DNA of 64,000 nt from Candidatus Omnitrophota bacterium (GTDB taxonomy: Bacteria > Omnitrophota > Gorgyraeia > Gygaellales > Profunditerraquicolaceae). The notes below the pieces were generated by a model. That model worked only from the letters and a program-made list of their open reading frames with translations, did no database searches and was not told the origin of the DNA. A program made the translations under genes and the position numbers. The DNA lies in assembly GCA_003598025.1 (NCBI GenBank), contig QZKH01000003.1, positions 234,048 through 298,047 on the forward strand, read 5' to 3'. Every line of letters starts with the position of its first letter. The first letter of the stretch is position 1. Positions 10,270 to 20,120 of this stretch are shown in pieces.

Positions 10270-12193
10270 TCTCATATTTTCCCTGATCAAAAGACCTTTT
10301 TCCGTTTAATAGTATTTTTTTAAAATTGCCGATAGCTTCCCTTAAGAGCCTGCAGTAAAGGTCAAATCCTATTGTATCAATAAAACCGTGCTGCTGTGCC
10401 CCCAGAAGGTTGCCCGCGCCCCTAAGCTCAAGATCCTCCATAGCTATCTTGAACCCTGCGCCTATATAAGAGTGTTCTTCTAAAGCTGAAAGCCTTTTGG
10501 CTGCCTGGCTTTCAATTATTTCATTTTTAGGTATTAAAAAATACGCATATGCCGGCTTATCAAATCTCCCCACCCTTCCTCTTAACTGATGAAGGTCAGA
10601 CAGCCCAAAGGTATGCGCGTTGTTTACGATAATCGTATTTACATTGGGGATATCGATCCCCGACTCGATTATCATGGTGCAGAGCAATACATCCACCTGG
10701 CCATTCAGGAATCTAAGCATAACGTCTTCAAGTATGGATGCTGGCATTTGGCCATGCGCTACAGCGATATTGACTGATGGAGGTAAAATTTTAGCCAAGC
10801 TTTCTTCAAGCTGGTCAATGTCATAAACCCGGTTATGCACAAAATAAACCTGGCCGCCCCTTGACAGTTCTTTCATGACCGCCTGCTTTATCAAATCGGT
10901 ATCATATTCTACCACAGATGTCCTTATTGGCAACCTATTTTGGGGCGGGGTGTTAATAATAGAGAGATCCTTTGCACCCATCAGGCTCATATAAAGAGTC
11001 CTGGGTATCGGAGTGGCAGTCAAAGTCAAAACATCACATGATAACCTTAAAGATTTAAGCTTTTGCTTAGCCTTTACGCCAAATCTCTGCTCTTCATCAA
11101 TTATCACCAACCCCAAATCTCTAAATTTTATATCATCTGATAGCAGCCTGTGCGTACCGATAACAATATCAACATTACCTTTGGCCAATTCCCTGATTAT
11201 ATCTTTCTGCCTGCTTTTTGTCCTGAACCTTGAAAGCATATCTACATTAACAGGCATATCTTTAAGCCTTGAGTAAATGTTCTGATACAACTGCTCTACA
11301 AGTATGGTTGTAGGAGCAAGATAGGCTACCTGCTTACCGCTTACAACAGCCTTAAAAGCAGCCCTTAAGGCAACTTCAGTCTTGCCATAGCCTACATCCC
11401 CGCATAATAACCGGTCCATGACACGAGAAGATTCCATGTCGGATTTCACTTCCTGCATTGCTTTTATCTGGCCGGGGGTCTCTTTATATGGAAACCCTGA
11501 TTCAAACTCCCTCTGTAAATCAGAATCGGCAAGGAATTGAAATCCCTTCACACTTAGCCTCATTGCTTCTAAAGATAATAATTCCCAGGCAAGCTTTTGA
11601 ATCCCTTTCTTTGCCCTGTTTTTTACCCTCTGCCATTCTTTGCTGCCTAACCTATACAACCTCGGCCTTTTTGAAGCAAAAGTAATATATTTCTGGACAA
11701 GGTGCATTTTTTCTATGGGGACAAAAAGCTTTTCCTGCCGGTCGTATTCAATGACTATATGGCTGCGCTTGTCTTTGTCGCCTTTAATTTTCTCAAGCCC
11801 CAGGAACCTGCCTATACCATACTCATTGTGTACCACGTAATCGCCTACATTAAGGTCCACAAAGCTGGATACAGGAAAATCCTCGTTAAATACCCTGGTT
11901 TTAAATTCGCTTACTCGCTTTACCGGAAGTATTATGATGATCTGGTGGTCCCAAAGCAACTCTCCGTTATCAGGGTTAAAAGCTTTGATAAATGAAATGC
12001 TATCCAATTCAATATTAATCCTTACCGGTAATTCAAAGCTAAATGGATATACATCGAGGATGCTGCCACGGCGGGAAAAATGGCCTTCGGTACTGCAGTT
12101 TTGCGCTTTGTGATATCCAAAATCCACCAGGACAGACTCAATCCTGGCAAAGTCTGCATACTCTCCAACGCATAACTTCAAAGATTTAAACAT
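10253..12193 (-). CDS. mfd: Transcription-repair coupling factor Mfd, unusually short (646 aa)
   Basis: UvrB-like D2 (GHFSRRGSILDVYP), RID (GDYVVHNEYGIGRF), GDVGYGKT, DEEQ, QLRGRVGR, TRG motif DLELRGAGNLLG. Confidence 0.93.
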   Translation of the reverse strand: MFKSLKLCVGEYADFARIESVLVDFGYHKAQNCSTEGHFSRRGSILDVYPFSFELPVRINIELDSISFIKAFNPDNGELLWDHQIIIILPVKRVSEFKTRVFNEDFPVSSFVDLNVGDYVVHNEYGIGRFLGLEKIKGDKDKRSHIVIEYDRQEKLFVPIEKMHLVQKYITFASKRPRLYRLGSKEWQRVKNRAKKGIQKLAWELLSLEAMRLSVKGFQFLADSDLQREFESGFPYKETPGQIKAMQEVKSDMESSRVMDRLLCGDVGYGKTEVALRAAFKAVVSGKQVAYLAPTTILVEQLYQNIYSRLKDMPVNVDMLSRFRTKSRQKDIIRELAKGNVDIVIGTHRLLSDDIKFRDLGLVIIDEEQRFGVKAKQKLKSLRLSCDVLTLTATPIPRTLYMSLMGAKDLSIINTPPQNRLPIRTSVVEYDTDLIKQAVMKELSRGGQVYFVHNRVYDIDQLEESLAKILPPSVNIAVAHGQMPASILEDVMLRFLNGQVDVLLCTMIIESGIDIPNVNTIIVNNAHTFGLSDLHQLRGRVGRFDKPAYAYFLIPKNEIIESQAAKRLSALEEHSYIGAGFKIAMEDLELRGAGNLLGAQQHGFIDTIGFDLYCRLLREAIGNFKKILLNGKRSFDQGKYENEKPN

Positions 12194-12198
12194 CAGAT

Positions 12199-14403
12199 CT
12201 ATTTTTTACTTTTACTTCTTTTACTCCAGGCAAGAACCAAAGGTGAAGCAATAAAAATCGTAGAATATACGCCGGAAATAAAACCGACTAACAACGTAAA
12301 CGCAAAGTTACTTAAGATCTCTCCGCCGTAAAAATATATAGCTAAAACCATAAGAAGCGTTACCCCGCTGGTCAAAATAGTCCTGGAGAGAGTCTGGTTT
12401 ACGCTGATATTTATTAATTCATACAGGCTCATTTTATTCAACAAGCGCCCATTCTCTCTTACCCTATCGTAAATAACTATGGTATCGTTTATTGAATAGC
12501 CGGCTATTGTCAGAAATGCGGTAATCGATAAAAGATCGATCTGCCTGCCGGTAAAAATCAGGAATACCAAGGCTACAGCCACGTCATGCAATAGTGCTAT
12601 TACTCCAGCAGCTGCGAAATTAAAATGCCTAAAGCGGAATGCAACATAAACAAGTATGCCTAACAATGACCATACCAGTGCTGATATTGCTTTACCCCTT
12701 AACAATTTTCCGGCAGCAGGGCCGACTTTTTCGACACGCATGAGCTGCACATCAGAACCTGCAAAAACAGACTGAAGTTTTTCGGTCAGGATCTTGCTTT
12801 CATCTGCGCCTGTCCTGATCAAGACTAATCTCGGGTCGTCTTTAAATTGCTGTATCTGCGCATCTCCTAAATTCATATCCTTAAGCAATCCCCTTATTTT
12901 ATCTATATCCGGCGAATCGCTAAATTTGTATTCCTGAAGCTGCCCCCCTGCAAAATCTATCCCATAAACAATCTGGCCCTTTTTAAAAAATAGGAATAAA
13001 CCAACAATAATTATTATTAAGGATACAGCGTAAAATATCCTTCTTTTTGATATAAAATCAAATTTAGGCTGGCCTATAAGTTTAAGCATAGGCAGATTTT
13101 TCAAAATATTAAATTTCATCAGCCACTCCAATATCGTCCTGGTGACAACTATTGCCGTAAACATACTTGCAATAATACCTATTGTAAGAGTAACCGCAAA
13201 ACCTCTGATCGGGCCTGTTCCAAACTGAAAGAGCAAAAATGCAGCTATTAATGTAGTAAGATTCGAATCCAGTATTGCGCTAAACGCCTTGTGATAACCG
13301 CTTGCCACAGCATTCCTGATATGTTTTCCTGCGCTTAATTCCTCCCTGATCCTTTCATTAATCAGGACATTGGCATCAATTGCCATACCCAGAGAGAGGG
13401 CGATACCAGCGATCCCGGGAAGAGTTAAAGTTGCAGAAACATTAAGAAGGACAGGCAGCATGGCCAAGCCACCCAAAATTATTATAAGGTTAAATATAAA
13501 AGCGATATTTGCTATTAAGCCGGCGAAAAGATAGTATACTGCCATGAAAACAAAAACAAAGCCACCTCCGATTATACTGGCTTTTATGCCCTTATTAATC
13601 GAATCCTGGCCCAGGAGCGGACCAACAGTCCTTTCTTCTTCTATATACATAGGTGCGGGAAGAGCGCCAACCTTAAGGACGATAGATAAATCCTTAGCCT
13701 GATCAGCAGTGAACCTGCCTGTAATCATCGCCTGGCCAGAAGGAATTGCTTCTTTGATCCTGGGAGCAGACTGCACTTTTCCATCCAGTACTATTGCCAG
13801 CATCCTTCCAATATTATTTGCGGTTATTTCTGCAAACTTCCTTGCCCCCTCATTACTGAAAGTAATTTCTACTACAGGCTGGTTAAATTCGCTTTGGTTA
13901 AAACGCACAGCAGCATTAACCAATGCATCTCCGGTCAAAACAGTTTTTTTCTCAACCAATACAGGTACGTTTTCATCTTCAATATACTTAAGCTCATATT
14001 CCTCAGGGATATTACCCTCTAATGCTGCTTTAAGCTTAACCTGGTCATCAGAGACCATTTTAAATTCCAATAAAGCAGTTTTGCCGATTAGATCTATAGC
14101 CCTGTCTCTATCGGTGACTCCTGGCAGTTGGACAACTATCTCATCCTCGCCCTGTTTCTGTATAGAAGGCTCGCGCACCCCAAACTGGTCTATCCTGTTT
14201 CTTATTACCTCTAAAGCCCTATCCCTGGCATCCTCTTTTGTTTCCTTGGATAAATGGCTGGTGTCAACTTTAAGGACTAAGTGCATACCGCCTTTTAAAT
14301 CCAGGCCTAAGTTAATCCTTTTATCAAGAGGAAAAGCAAAAAATAAACAAATTACAAGGATAGCAGTAATAAATACCGACTTGACCAACAGTTTATTATC
14401 CAT
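12199..14403 (-). CDS. secDF: Fused protein translocase subunit SecDF
   Basis: LGLDLKGG, RNRIDQFGVREP, GMAIDANVLINERIREE (SecD half); GIDFAGG, GYSINDTIVIYDRVRE (SecF half). Confidence 0.97.
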   Translation of the reverse strand: MDNKLLVKSVFITAILVICLFFAFPLDKRINLGLDLKGGMHLVLKVDTSHLSKETKEDARDRALEVIRNRIDQFGVREPSIQKQGEDEIVVQLPGVTDRDRAIDLIGKTALLEFKMVSDDQVKLKAALEGNIPEEYELKYIEDENVPVLVEKKTVLTGDALVNAAVRFNQSEFNQPVVEITFSNEGARKFAEITANNIGRMLAIVLDGKVQSAPRIKEAIPSGQAMITGRFTADQAKDLSIVLKVGALPAPMYIEEERTVGPLLGQDSINKGIKASIIGGGFVFVFMAVYYLFAGLIANIAFIFNLIIILGGLAMLPVLLNVSATLTLPGIAGIALSLGMAIDANVLINERIREELSAGKHIRNAVASGYHKAFSAILDSNLTTLIAAFLLFQFGTGPIRGFAVTLTIGIIASMFTAIVVTRTILEWLMKFNILKNLPMLKLIGQPKFDFISKRRIFYAVSLIIIIVGLFLFFKKGQIVYGIDFAGGQLQEYKFSDSPDIDKIRGLLKDMNLGDAQIQQFKDDPRLVLIRTGADESKILTEKLQSVFAGSDVQLMRVEKVGPAAGKLLRGKAISALVWSLLGILVYVAFRFRHFNFAAAGVIALLHDVAVALVFLIFTGRQIDLLSITAFLTIAGYSINDTIVIYDRVRENGRLLNKMSLYELINISVNQTLSRTILTSGVTLLMVLAIYFYGGEILSNFAFTLLVGFISGVYSTIFIASPLVLAWSKRSKSKK

Positions 14404-14404
14404 T

Positions 14405-14692
14405 TTAAGAAGCTTTCTTTTTAATGTAAGCTATACAATTCTTCTCTACTTCCATTTTGGCATTATCATCAATACGCAAGATTACAGATTTTTCCTTGAC
14501 GTTAACTATCGTGCCGTGAACGCCGCCGGTAGTAACTACTTCGTCATTCTTATTCAGTGCCTCTAATAATTTCTGGTGTTCTTTCTCTTTAGCCTTTTGC
14601 GGCCGTATGATCAAAAAATAAAAAATAGCAAATATTAAGATTAACGGTATTAAATTTGTTATCGGACTTACTGCTTGTGCCTGAGGCATCAT
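14405..14692 (-). CDS. yajC: Preprotein translocase subunit YajC
   Basis: IFYFLIIRPQ..K, NDEVVTTGGVHGTI; directly upstream of secDF. Confidence 0.97.
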   Translation of the reverse strand: MMPQAQAVSPITNLIPLILIFAIFYFLIIRPQKAKEKEHQKLLEALNKNDEVVTTGGVHGTIVNVKEKSVILRIDDNAKMEVEKNCIAYIKKKAS

Positions 14693-14937
14693 TTTCCTCC
14701 TTTTTTCAGCTTCTTAAATAAGCTTTTTAGGGTATCAGAAGGCTGAGCCCCGTTTTTGACCCAAGATTCGAATTTGTCTGCCTTTATGTCCAACTTACCG
14801 CTCGAAGGATCATAAAAACCTAGCTCTTCGATAAACCTGCCATCGCGGGCTGTCGTTTCTTCAAAAACACTGACCCTGAAATGGGGTTTTCCCTTTGGAT
14901 TCTTTCCTATCCTTCTTAACCTGATACGAACTGCCAT
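14689..14937 (-). CDS. rpsP: 30S ribosomal protein S16
   Basis: MAVRIRLRRIG, RDGRFIEELGFYDP, WVKNGAQPSDT. Confidence 0.97.
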   Translation of the reverse strand: MAVRIRLRRIGKNPKGKPHFRVSVFEETTARDGRFIEELGFYDPSSGKLDIKADKFESWVKNGAQPSDTLKSLFKKLKKGGK

Positions 14938-14952
14938 TTTTGTTTCTCCTTT

Positions 14953-16440
14953 CTAATTATTAATCGCTTCCACTAACGCCCTTGCTTTATTCAATGACTC
15001 ATTGTACTCTTTCTGAGGTAAAGAATCGGCGACTATACCGGCTCCAGCCTGGATATAAGCGTATCCATCCTTTAAAACTATAGTCCTTATTGTTATGCAG
15101 GTGTCCATATTCCCGGAAAAAGAAAAATACCCGATACAACCAGCATACGGCCCGCGCCTTACATTTTCAAGCTCATCAATTATCTGCATTGCCCTGACCT
15201 TAGGGCTTCCCGAAACGGTACCAGCCGGAAAACATGCCTTGAGAGCATCAAAACTTGACTTGCCCCTCTTAAGGTATCCGCTTACTTCCGAAACAATATG
15301 CATCACGTGAGAGTATCTTTCAATAGTCATAAATTCTGAGACTTTTACCTTGCCAGCCTGGCAAACCCTGCCTAAATCATTCCTGCCTAAATCCACAAGC
15401 ATTATATGCTCTGAACGCTCTTTAGCGTCATTTAAAAGTTCGGACTCCATTTTTTTATCCTGAGATTCATCCCTGCCCCGCGGCCTGGTACCGGCGATAG
15501 GCCTGGTCTGAGCAAAGCCATCCTCGCAACGAACCAGCATTTCCGGAGAAGAGCCTATCAGGCTGAACTTATCCATTTTTAGGTAAAACATATACGCGGA
15601 TGGGTTAATACTACGCAGTTTCCTGTAAATGTCAAAAGAATTTTTGTTAATTTTTATCTTCAATCTTTGCGAGAGGACAACTTGAATAATATCGCCTTTA
15701 TGTATATATTCTTTGGCTTTCTTGATAATATTCATGAACCCGTCTTTAGTAAAATTAGATCTTAATGTGATTTTATACGGCTTACGCTCCAGGGGACCAG
15801 AAACAGGCATGATTTTCTTAAATTTCATCTCTAAGTGATTGATCTCTTCAACAGCTTGAGAATACAGTTTTTTAACATAATTATTATTTTTGGCAGAACT
15901 TATTCGGGGTAAATAACAAATAGATATGATCTTGATTTTGTGCTTAAGATGGTCAAAGACCAGCAAGCTTTTGGTAAGCATAAACACCGAATCCGGCAGG
16001 TTAAGGTCATCTTTGTTTTTATCGGGAATGTCTTCAATAAATCTGACGGTATCATAGGAAAGGTATCCTATAAAACCTCCGTAAAACCTCGGCAGTCCGT
16101 TGACTTCAACCGGGTGGAAGTCACGCATAATACCTTCAAGCTCTTCAAGCGACCCCTTCGAGGTAACATAAGACTTGATCTTACCCATTGACGGCTTAAT
16201 GATTTTTATTTCTTTATCCCTATTAGAAAAAATCATATGGGGTTTTGTCCCCAGGAATGAAAACCTGGCTATCTTCTCCTGGCCTTCTACCGATTCAAGG
16301 AGGAATGAATATTTATCCTCTTGTATCCTTAGAAATGCTGAAACAGGAGTATCTAAATCAGCGTTTATCTCCTTAAACACAGGAATAACATTGCCCTTCT
16401 TAGCATATTTTAGAAATTGTTTATAATCAGGATAGATCAT
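14953..16440 (-). CDS. trpE: Anthranilate synthase component I
   Basis: FLLESVEG, GDIIQVVLSQR, PIAGTRPRG, EHIMLVDLGRND, FPAGTVSGSPK. Confidence 0.93.
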   Translation of the reverse strand: MIYPDYKQFLKYAKKGNVIPVFKEINADLDTPVSAFLRIQEDKYSFLLESVEGQEKIARFSFLGTKPHMIFSNRDKEIKIIKPSMGKIKSYVTSKGSLEELEGIMRDFHPVEVNGLPRFYGGFIGYLSYDTVRFIEDIPDKNKDDLNLPDSVFMLTKSLLVFDHLKHKIKIISICYLPRISSAKNNNYVKKLYSQAVEEINHLEMKFKKIMPVSGPLERKPYKITLRSNFTKDGFMNIIKKAKEYIHKGDIIQVVLSQRLKIKINKNSFDIYRKLRSINPSAYMFYLKMDKFSLIGSSPEMLVRCEDGFAQTRPIAGTRPRGRDESQDKKMESELLNDAKERSEHIMLVDLGRNDLGRVCQAGKVKVSEFMTIERYSHVMHIVSEVSGYLKRGKSSFDALKACFPAGTVSGSPKVRAMQIIDELENVRRGPYAGCIGYFSFSGNMDTCITIRTIVLKDGYAYIQAGAGIVADSLPQKEYNESLNKARALVEAINN

Positions 16441-16451
16441 CTTTTAAATTA

Positions 16452-16559
16452 TTTTATTCGTTCGAGTCCATAAAACCGCACATTTCAGGGTGCGGATGAA
16501 GTTTGAGCGTTCAGTATTTCGCTCCAAAAAATTTCGGGTTAAAGCCCGAGCAGCTTAAT
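16452..16559 (-). mobile_element. ~108-bp two-hairpin mini-element, copy A (opposite orientation to B and C)
   Basis: The reverse complement aligns without gaps to 62489-62596 at about 78% identity by hand count. It overlaps the last codons and stop of hisI. Confidence 0.8.
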
Positions 16560-16886
16560 TTTTCTAAAGAAACAGCTTCTTTTGCCGGTATGGCAGGCAA
16601 CACCTACCTGTTTTACCTTGATCAATAAGGTATCCATATCGCAATCATAATAAATACTCTTAACAAACTGAAAATGGCCTGAAGTCATGCCTTTTACCCA
16701 ATACTCTTTCCTGGAACGCGACCAAAAACAAGTCTTTTTAAGCTTCAGGGTGCGTTTAATAGACTCTTTATTCATATAAGCAAGCATAAGCACGGCATTA
16801 TCCTTATAATCCTGGATAATGACAGGAATAAGGCCGTTACTATCAAATTTCAAATCTTTAATACTGACTTTTTTCTCTTTTTTCAT
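16539..16886 (-). CDS. hisI: Phosphoribosyl-AMP cyclohydrolase
   Basis: [35 protein letters not shown]; no HisE domain. Confidence 0.96.
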   Translation of the reverse strand: MKKEKKVSIKDLKFDSNGLIPVIIQDYKDNAVLMLAYMNKESIKRTLKLKKTCFWSRSRKEYWVKGMTSGHFQFVKSIYYDCDMDTLLIKVKQVGVACHTGKRSCFFRKIKLLGL

Positions 16887-17644
16887 AGCCTTACCGGTAT
16901 ATTCCTCTCCTTTAAGTATTCCTTGACTTGCTTTACCGTAAACTCCTGATAGTGGAAAATCGATGCCGCCAAAGCAGCATCTGCCTTTCCTTTATCAAAA
17001 ACTTCGTAAAAATCCTCCAATTTCCCCGCTCCGCCGGAAGCGATAACGGGGATATTAACAGCCTCGCTTATCCTATTTGTAAGCTCGATATCGTAGCCAT
17101 CTTTTGTACCATCATAATCCATACTTGTCAAAAGAATTTCTCCGGCACCAAGCCTATAAGCATTTTTAGCCCATTCTATGGCGTCAAGGCCAGCCGGTGT
17201 CCTGCCCCCGTTTATATAGACTTCCCATTTTTTGCCATCGGATGATCTCTTTGCGTCGATAGCCACTACTATACACTGGCTTCCGAACTTTGCAGATGAT
17301 TCTTTAATCAACTCGGGATATTTTACTGCAGCCGTATTTATAGATACCTTATCAGCTCCTGCATTAAGCAGGTCCTTAATATCATCGGAGGTAGCTATGC
17401 CTCCACCAACAGTAAAAGGCATAAATACATTCTCGGCAATCTTTTCAACAAGCTCAATCATTGTTTTTCTTTTTTCAAAACTTGCCGTGATGTCCAGAAA
17501 AACTAATTCATCAGCCTGCTGCTTATCATAGACCTTAGCAACCTCTACCGGGTCACCCGCATCTTTAAGCCCGAGAAATTTTATTCCTTTAACTACCCTA
17601 CCCTCTTTAATATCCAGGCAGGGTATTATTCTTTTTGTAAGCAT
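16883..17644 (-). CDS. hisF: Imidazole glycerol phosphate synthase cyclase subunit
   Basis: [34 protein letters not shown]. Confidence 0.99.
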   Translation of the reverse strand: MLTKRIIPCLDIKEGRVVKGIKFLGLKDAGDPVEVAKVYDKQQADELVFLDITASFEKRKTMIELVEKIAENVFMPFTVGGGIATSDDIKDLLNAGADKVSINTAAVKYPELIKESSAKFGSQCIVVAIDAKRSSDGKKWEVYINGGRTPAGLDAIEWAKNAYRLGAGEILLTSMDYDGTKDGYDIELTNRISEAVNIPVIASGGAGKLEDFYEVFDKGKADAALAASIFHYQEFTVKQVKEYLKERNIPVRL

Positions 17645-17661
17645 CTTATTTTTTGTTAGCC

Positions 17662-18102
17662 TTATTTCATCTTTACGCTAAGGTATCTTCCTAACAGCTT
17701 CCAGGTAACTTTACCGACTCTGCCGTCAGCCGGAATATTATTATCGCGCTGAAAAGCCCTTATGGCATCTTTAGTCTGCCTTCCCAATCTTCCGTCAATT
17801 TTGCCAGGATTGTAACCGGCGTTCTTAAGGGCTAACTGTATTTGCCTTACATTCGGCCTGGATTTTACTTCAGATATTCTGCCGGGCTTAGCCGCCATCA
17901 TTTCATTCCGGGCATTCAAAGCATTTAGTTCACTTTTAAGCGAGTCTACTTCTTCCTGTTTAATCTGAAGCTGCGAGTTTAAAGCAGAAAGTTCGTTTCT
18001 TAATGATTGGATTTCCAAATCTTTCTTTTTGGCTGCCGTGGCGCACCCCTGTAAAAGCAATACTGAAAACACAAGCACGATAACTATGGCCCTTTTTACC
18101 AC
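17662..18102 (-). CDS. Putative lipoprotein with coiled coil and C-terminal peptidoglycan-binding domain
   Basis: Lipobox LLQG-C; coiled coil; [31 protein letters not shown]...DGRVGKVTW is the PG_binding_1 pattern. Confidence 0.85.
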   Translation of the reverse strand: MVKRAIVIVLVFSVLLLQGCATAAKKKDLEIQSLRNELSALNSQLQIKQEEVDSLKSELNALNARNEMMAAKPGRISEVKSRPNVRQIQLALKNAGYNPGKIDGRLGRQTKDAIRAFQRDNNIPADGRVGKVTWKLLGRYLSVKMK

Positions 18103-18157
18103 ATCACCCTCCTTTTATTAGCCTTGCTTTCACATGCAAAGGCAAATTCGTTTATAC

Positions 18158-18874
18158 CTATGAATACTTAGCAGCTTCAGGCAAGGTAAATTTAGCTTCA
18201 TAAAGTGCCTTACCAATAATTACGCCGCTTAAGCCATCCTTCTCCAGCATCTTGAGGCGCATTAAATCCTGTAAACAGGAAACCCCTCCGGAAGCGATAA
18301 TCCTAATCCTGTGTGTTTTTAATAGCTGCTTCAATTTCTTAATATTAGGCCCTTTGAGAGTCCCATCCATATTCACATCAGTAAAAATTATTTCTTTTAA
18401 TCCACTCTTTTTAAGGGATTTTAAAAGCTTATCAACGCTGACTCTTGCAGCGCCCTTTTTCCATCCTTTTATCAAAACAGAATCCTGCCTTGCATCAACG
18501 CTTACAATTACCCTGTCCTTATATTTTTTCAAAACTTTTTCAAGGAATTTTGCCTCGATGGCCCTTGTGCCTAAAACCACCCTGTAAATCCCGGCATCAA
18601 GAAGGCGTTTTATATCAGCCTGGGTCCTTATGCCACCGCCAAATTCAACAGGTATGCTTACTGCCCTGGCGATTTCTTGAACATATCTAAAATTTTGCAT
18701 TTTCCCTTTTATCGCTCCGTCTAAATCAACGAGATGCAAAAGCTTTGCTCCCTGCCTCTGCCAATGCTTAGCAGTCATCACAGGGTCTGATGAGTAGACC
18801 GTTTTACCGGTCTTACCCTGCACCAGGCGCACAACCTTACCCTGCATTATATCTATAGCGGGTATAATTAACAT
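18158..18874 (-). CDS. hisA: ProFAR isomerase
   Basis: MLIIPAID, LHLVDLDGA, GGGIR, IIASGG; start moved to 18874. Confidence 0.97.
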   Translation of the reverse strand: MLIIPAIDIMQGKVVRLVQGKTGKTVYSSDPVMTAKHWQRQGAKLLHLVDLDGAIKGKMQNFRYVQEIARAVSIPVEFGGGIRTQADIKRLLDAGIYRVVLGTRAIEAKFLEKVLKKYKDRVIVSVDARQDSVLIKGWKKGAARVSVDKLLKSLKKSGLKEIIFTDVNMDGTLKGPNIKKLKQLLKTHRIRIIASGGVSCLQDLMRLKMLEKDGLSGVIIGKALYEAKFTLPEAAKYS

Positions 18875-18875
18875 A

Positions 18876-19484
18876 TTATAAATCAATGAAGTTTCTTAAT
18901 ATCTTCATGCCGGTATCCTGGCTTTTTTCAGGATGGAATTGCACACCAAAGATATTATTCTTCCATATTATTGAACTAAAATTCACCCCGTATTCGGTTG
19001 AGGCAGCGATAATGCTTTTATCCGCAGGCTCAGGATAATAAGAGTGGCAGAAATAAACAAAAGATCCGGATTTAATATCTTTAAGCAACGGGCATGCCCC
19101 ATTAATAATATTCAGCTGATTCCAGCCCATATGGGGGACTTTAACTTTGAGATCTTGGTCAAAAAGCTTGACGCTCCCGGTAAGCAAACCAAGCCCTTTT
19201 TCCTTTAGCGCCTCCTGGCTAGATTCAAATAAAACTTGCATACCAAGGCATATGCCAAGAAAGAACTTATTTCCAGAGACCTGTTTTAATATTGAATCAA
19301 CAAGATTAACCCTTCTTAACTCGTCAATAGCGTCATCAAAGGCACCCACTCCGGGAAAAACAATTTTTTCGCACTTATCCAGATCTTTCGGACTATTTGT
19401 GACTATAGTTTTTTTACCCATAGACTCTATAGCTTTTTTGACGCTATGGATATTACCCATTCCATAATCAATAATACAGATCAT
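18876..19484 (-). CDS. hisH: IGP synthase glutamine amidotransferase subunit
   Basis: DYGMGN, PGVGAF, GICLGMQ, QFHPEKS. Confidence 0.98.
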   Translation of the reverse strand: MICIIDYGMGNIHSVKKAIESMGKKTIVTNSPKDLDKCEKIVFPGVGAFDDAIDELRRVNLVDSILKQVSGNKFFLGICLGMQVLFESSQEALKEKGLGLLTGSVKLFDQDLKVKVPHMGWNQLNIINGACPLLKDIKSGSFVYFCHSYYPEPADKSIIAASTEYGVNFSSIIWKNNIFGVQFHPEKSQDTGMKILRNFIDL

Positions 19485-19497
19485 AACAAACCCTTAT

Positions 19498-20112
19498 TTA
19501 ATCAATTATGCCTTTTGTCGAAGGAATACCTTTGCGGCGGGGATCAACTTGCGTGGCCTGATCCATTGCAATCCCTAACGCTTTAAATATAGGCTCTAAA
19601 TTTGTATGTAAATCTGGGTTATTCCTTGTTTCCAGCTTTATTACTAGATTTGCCCCTAATTTATTGACAAACCCTTCGAAGAAATGGTTAGCATATTCAA
19701 GAGAGTAATTTTCCTGCGAATTTATAGCAGCGAAGGTATGCGAAGGCAAAGATATGCCCTTAAAATAAGCCCTGCCGCTTATATCCACGCTCACATCAGC
19801 CACAACTTCTTCCATAGGAACAGAAGCAGAACCAAACCGCTTTATCCCTTCTTTCTGGCCCAAGGCCTCCTTAAAGGCATCTCCTAAAACAATCCCTACA
19901 TCTTCGTTAGTATGGTGTATATCTACTTTTAGATCGCCCTTTGCAGCGATCTCTAAATCAAACAGGCCATGAAAAGCAAAAAGTTCCAGCATATGATCCA
20001 ATATACCTATACCGGTATCAATTTTTGATTCACCAGTACCATCGATGTTTAATTTAATGGTTATTTCAGTTTCCTTTGTCTTTCTGGTTTTTAGTGCTTC
20101 TCTTTTTGGCAT
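19498..20112 (-). CDS. hisB: Imidazoleglycerol-phosphate dehydratase (second metal motif degenerate)
   Basis: RKTKETEI, DHML, HHTNED, DISGR, IPSTKG. Confidence 0.93.
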   Translation of the reverse strand: MPKREALKTRKTKETEITIKLNIDGTGESKIDTGIGILDHMLELFAFHGLFDLEIAAKGDLKVDIHHTNEDVGIVLGDAFKEALGQKEGIKRFGSASVPMEEVVADVSVDISGRAYFKGISLPSHTFAAINSQENYSLEYANHFFEGFVNKLGANLVIKLETRNNPDLHTNLEPIFKALGIAMDQATQVDPRRKGIPSTKGIID

Positions 20113-20120
20113 TTTATCTC

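Noticed and set aside
18121-18146. Imperfect hairpin between hisA and the lipoprotein gene
   Set aside because: Weak bulged stem with no U-tract on the transcribed strand; cannot be called a terminator.
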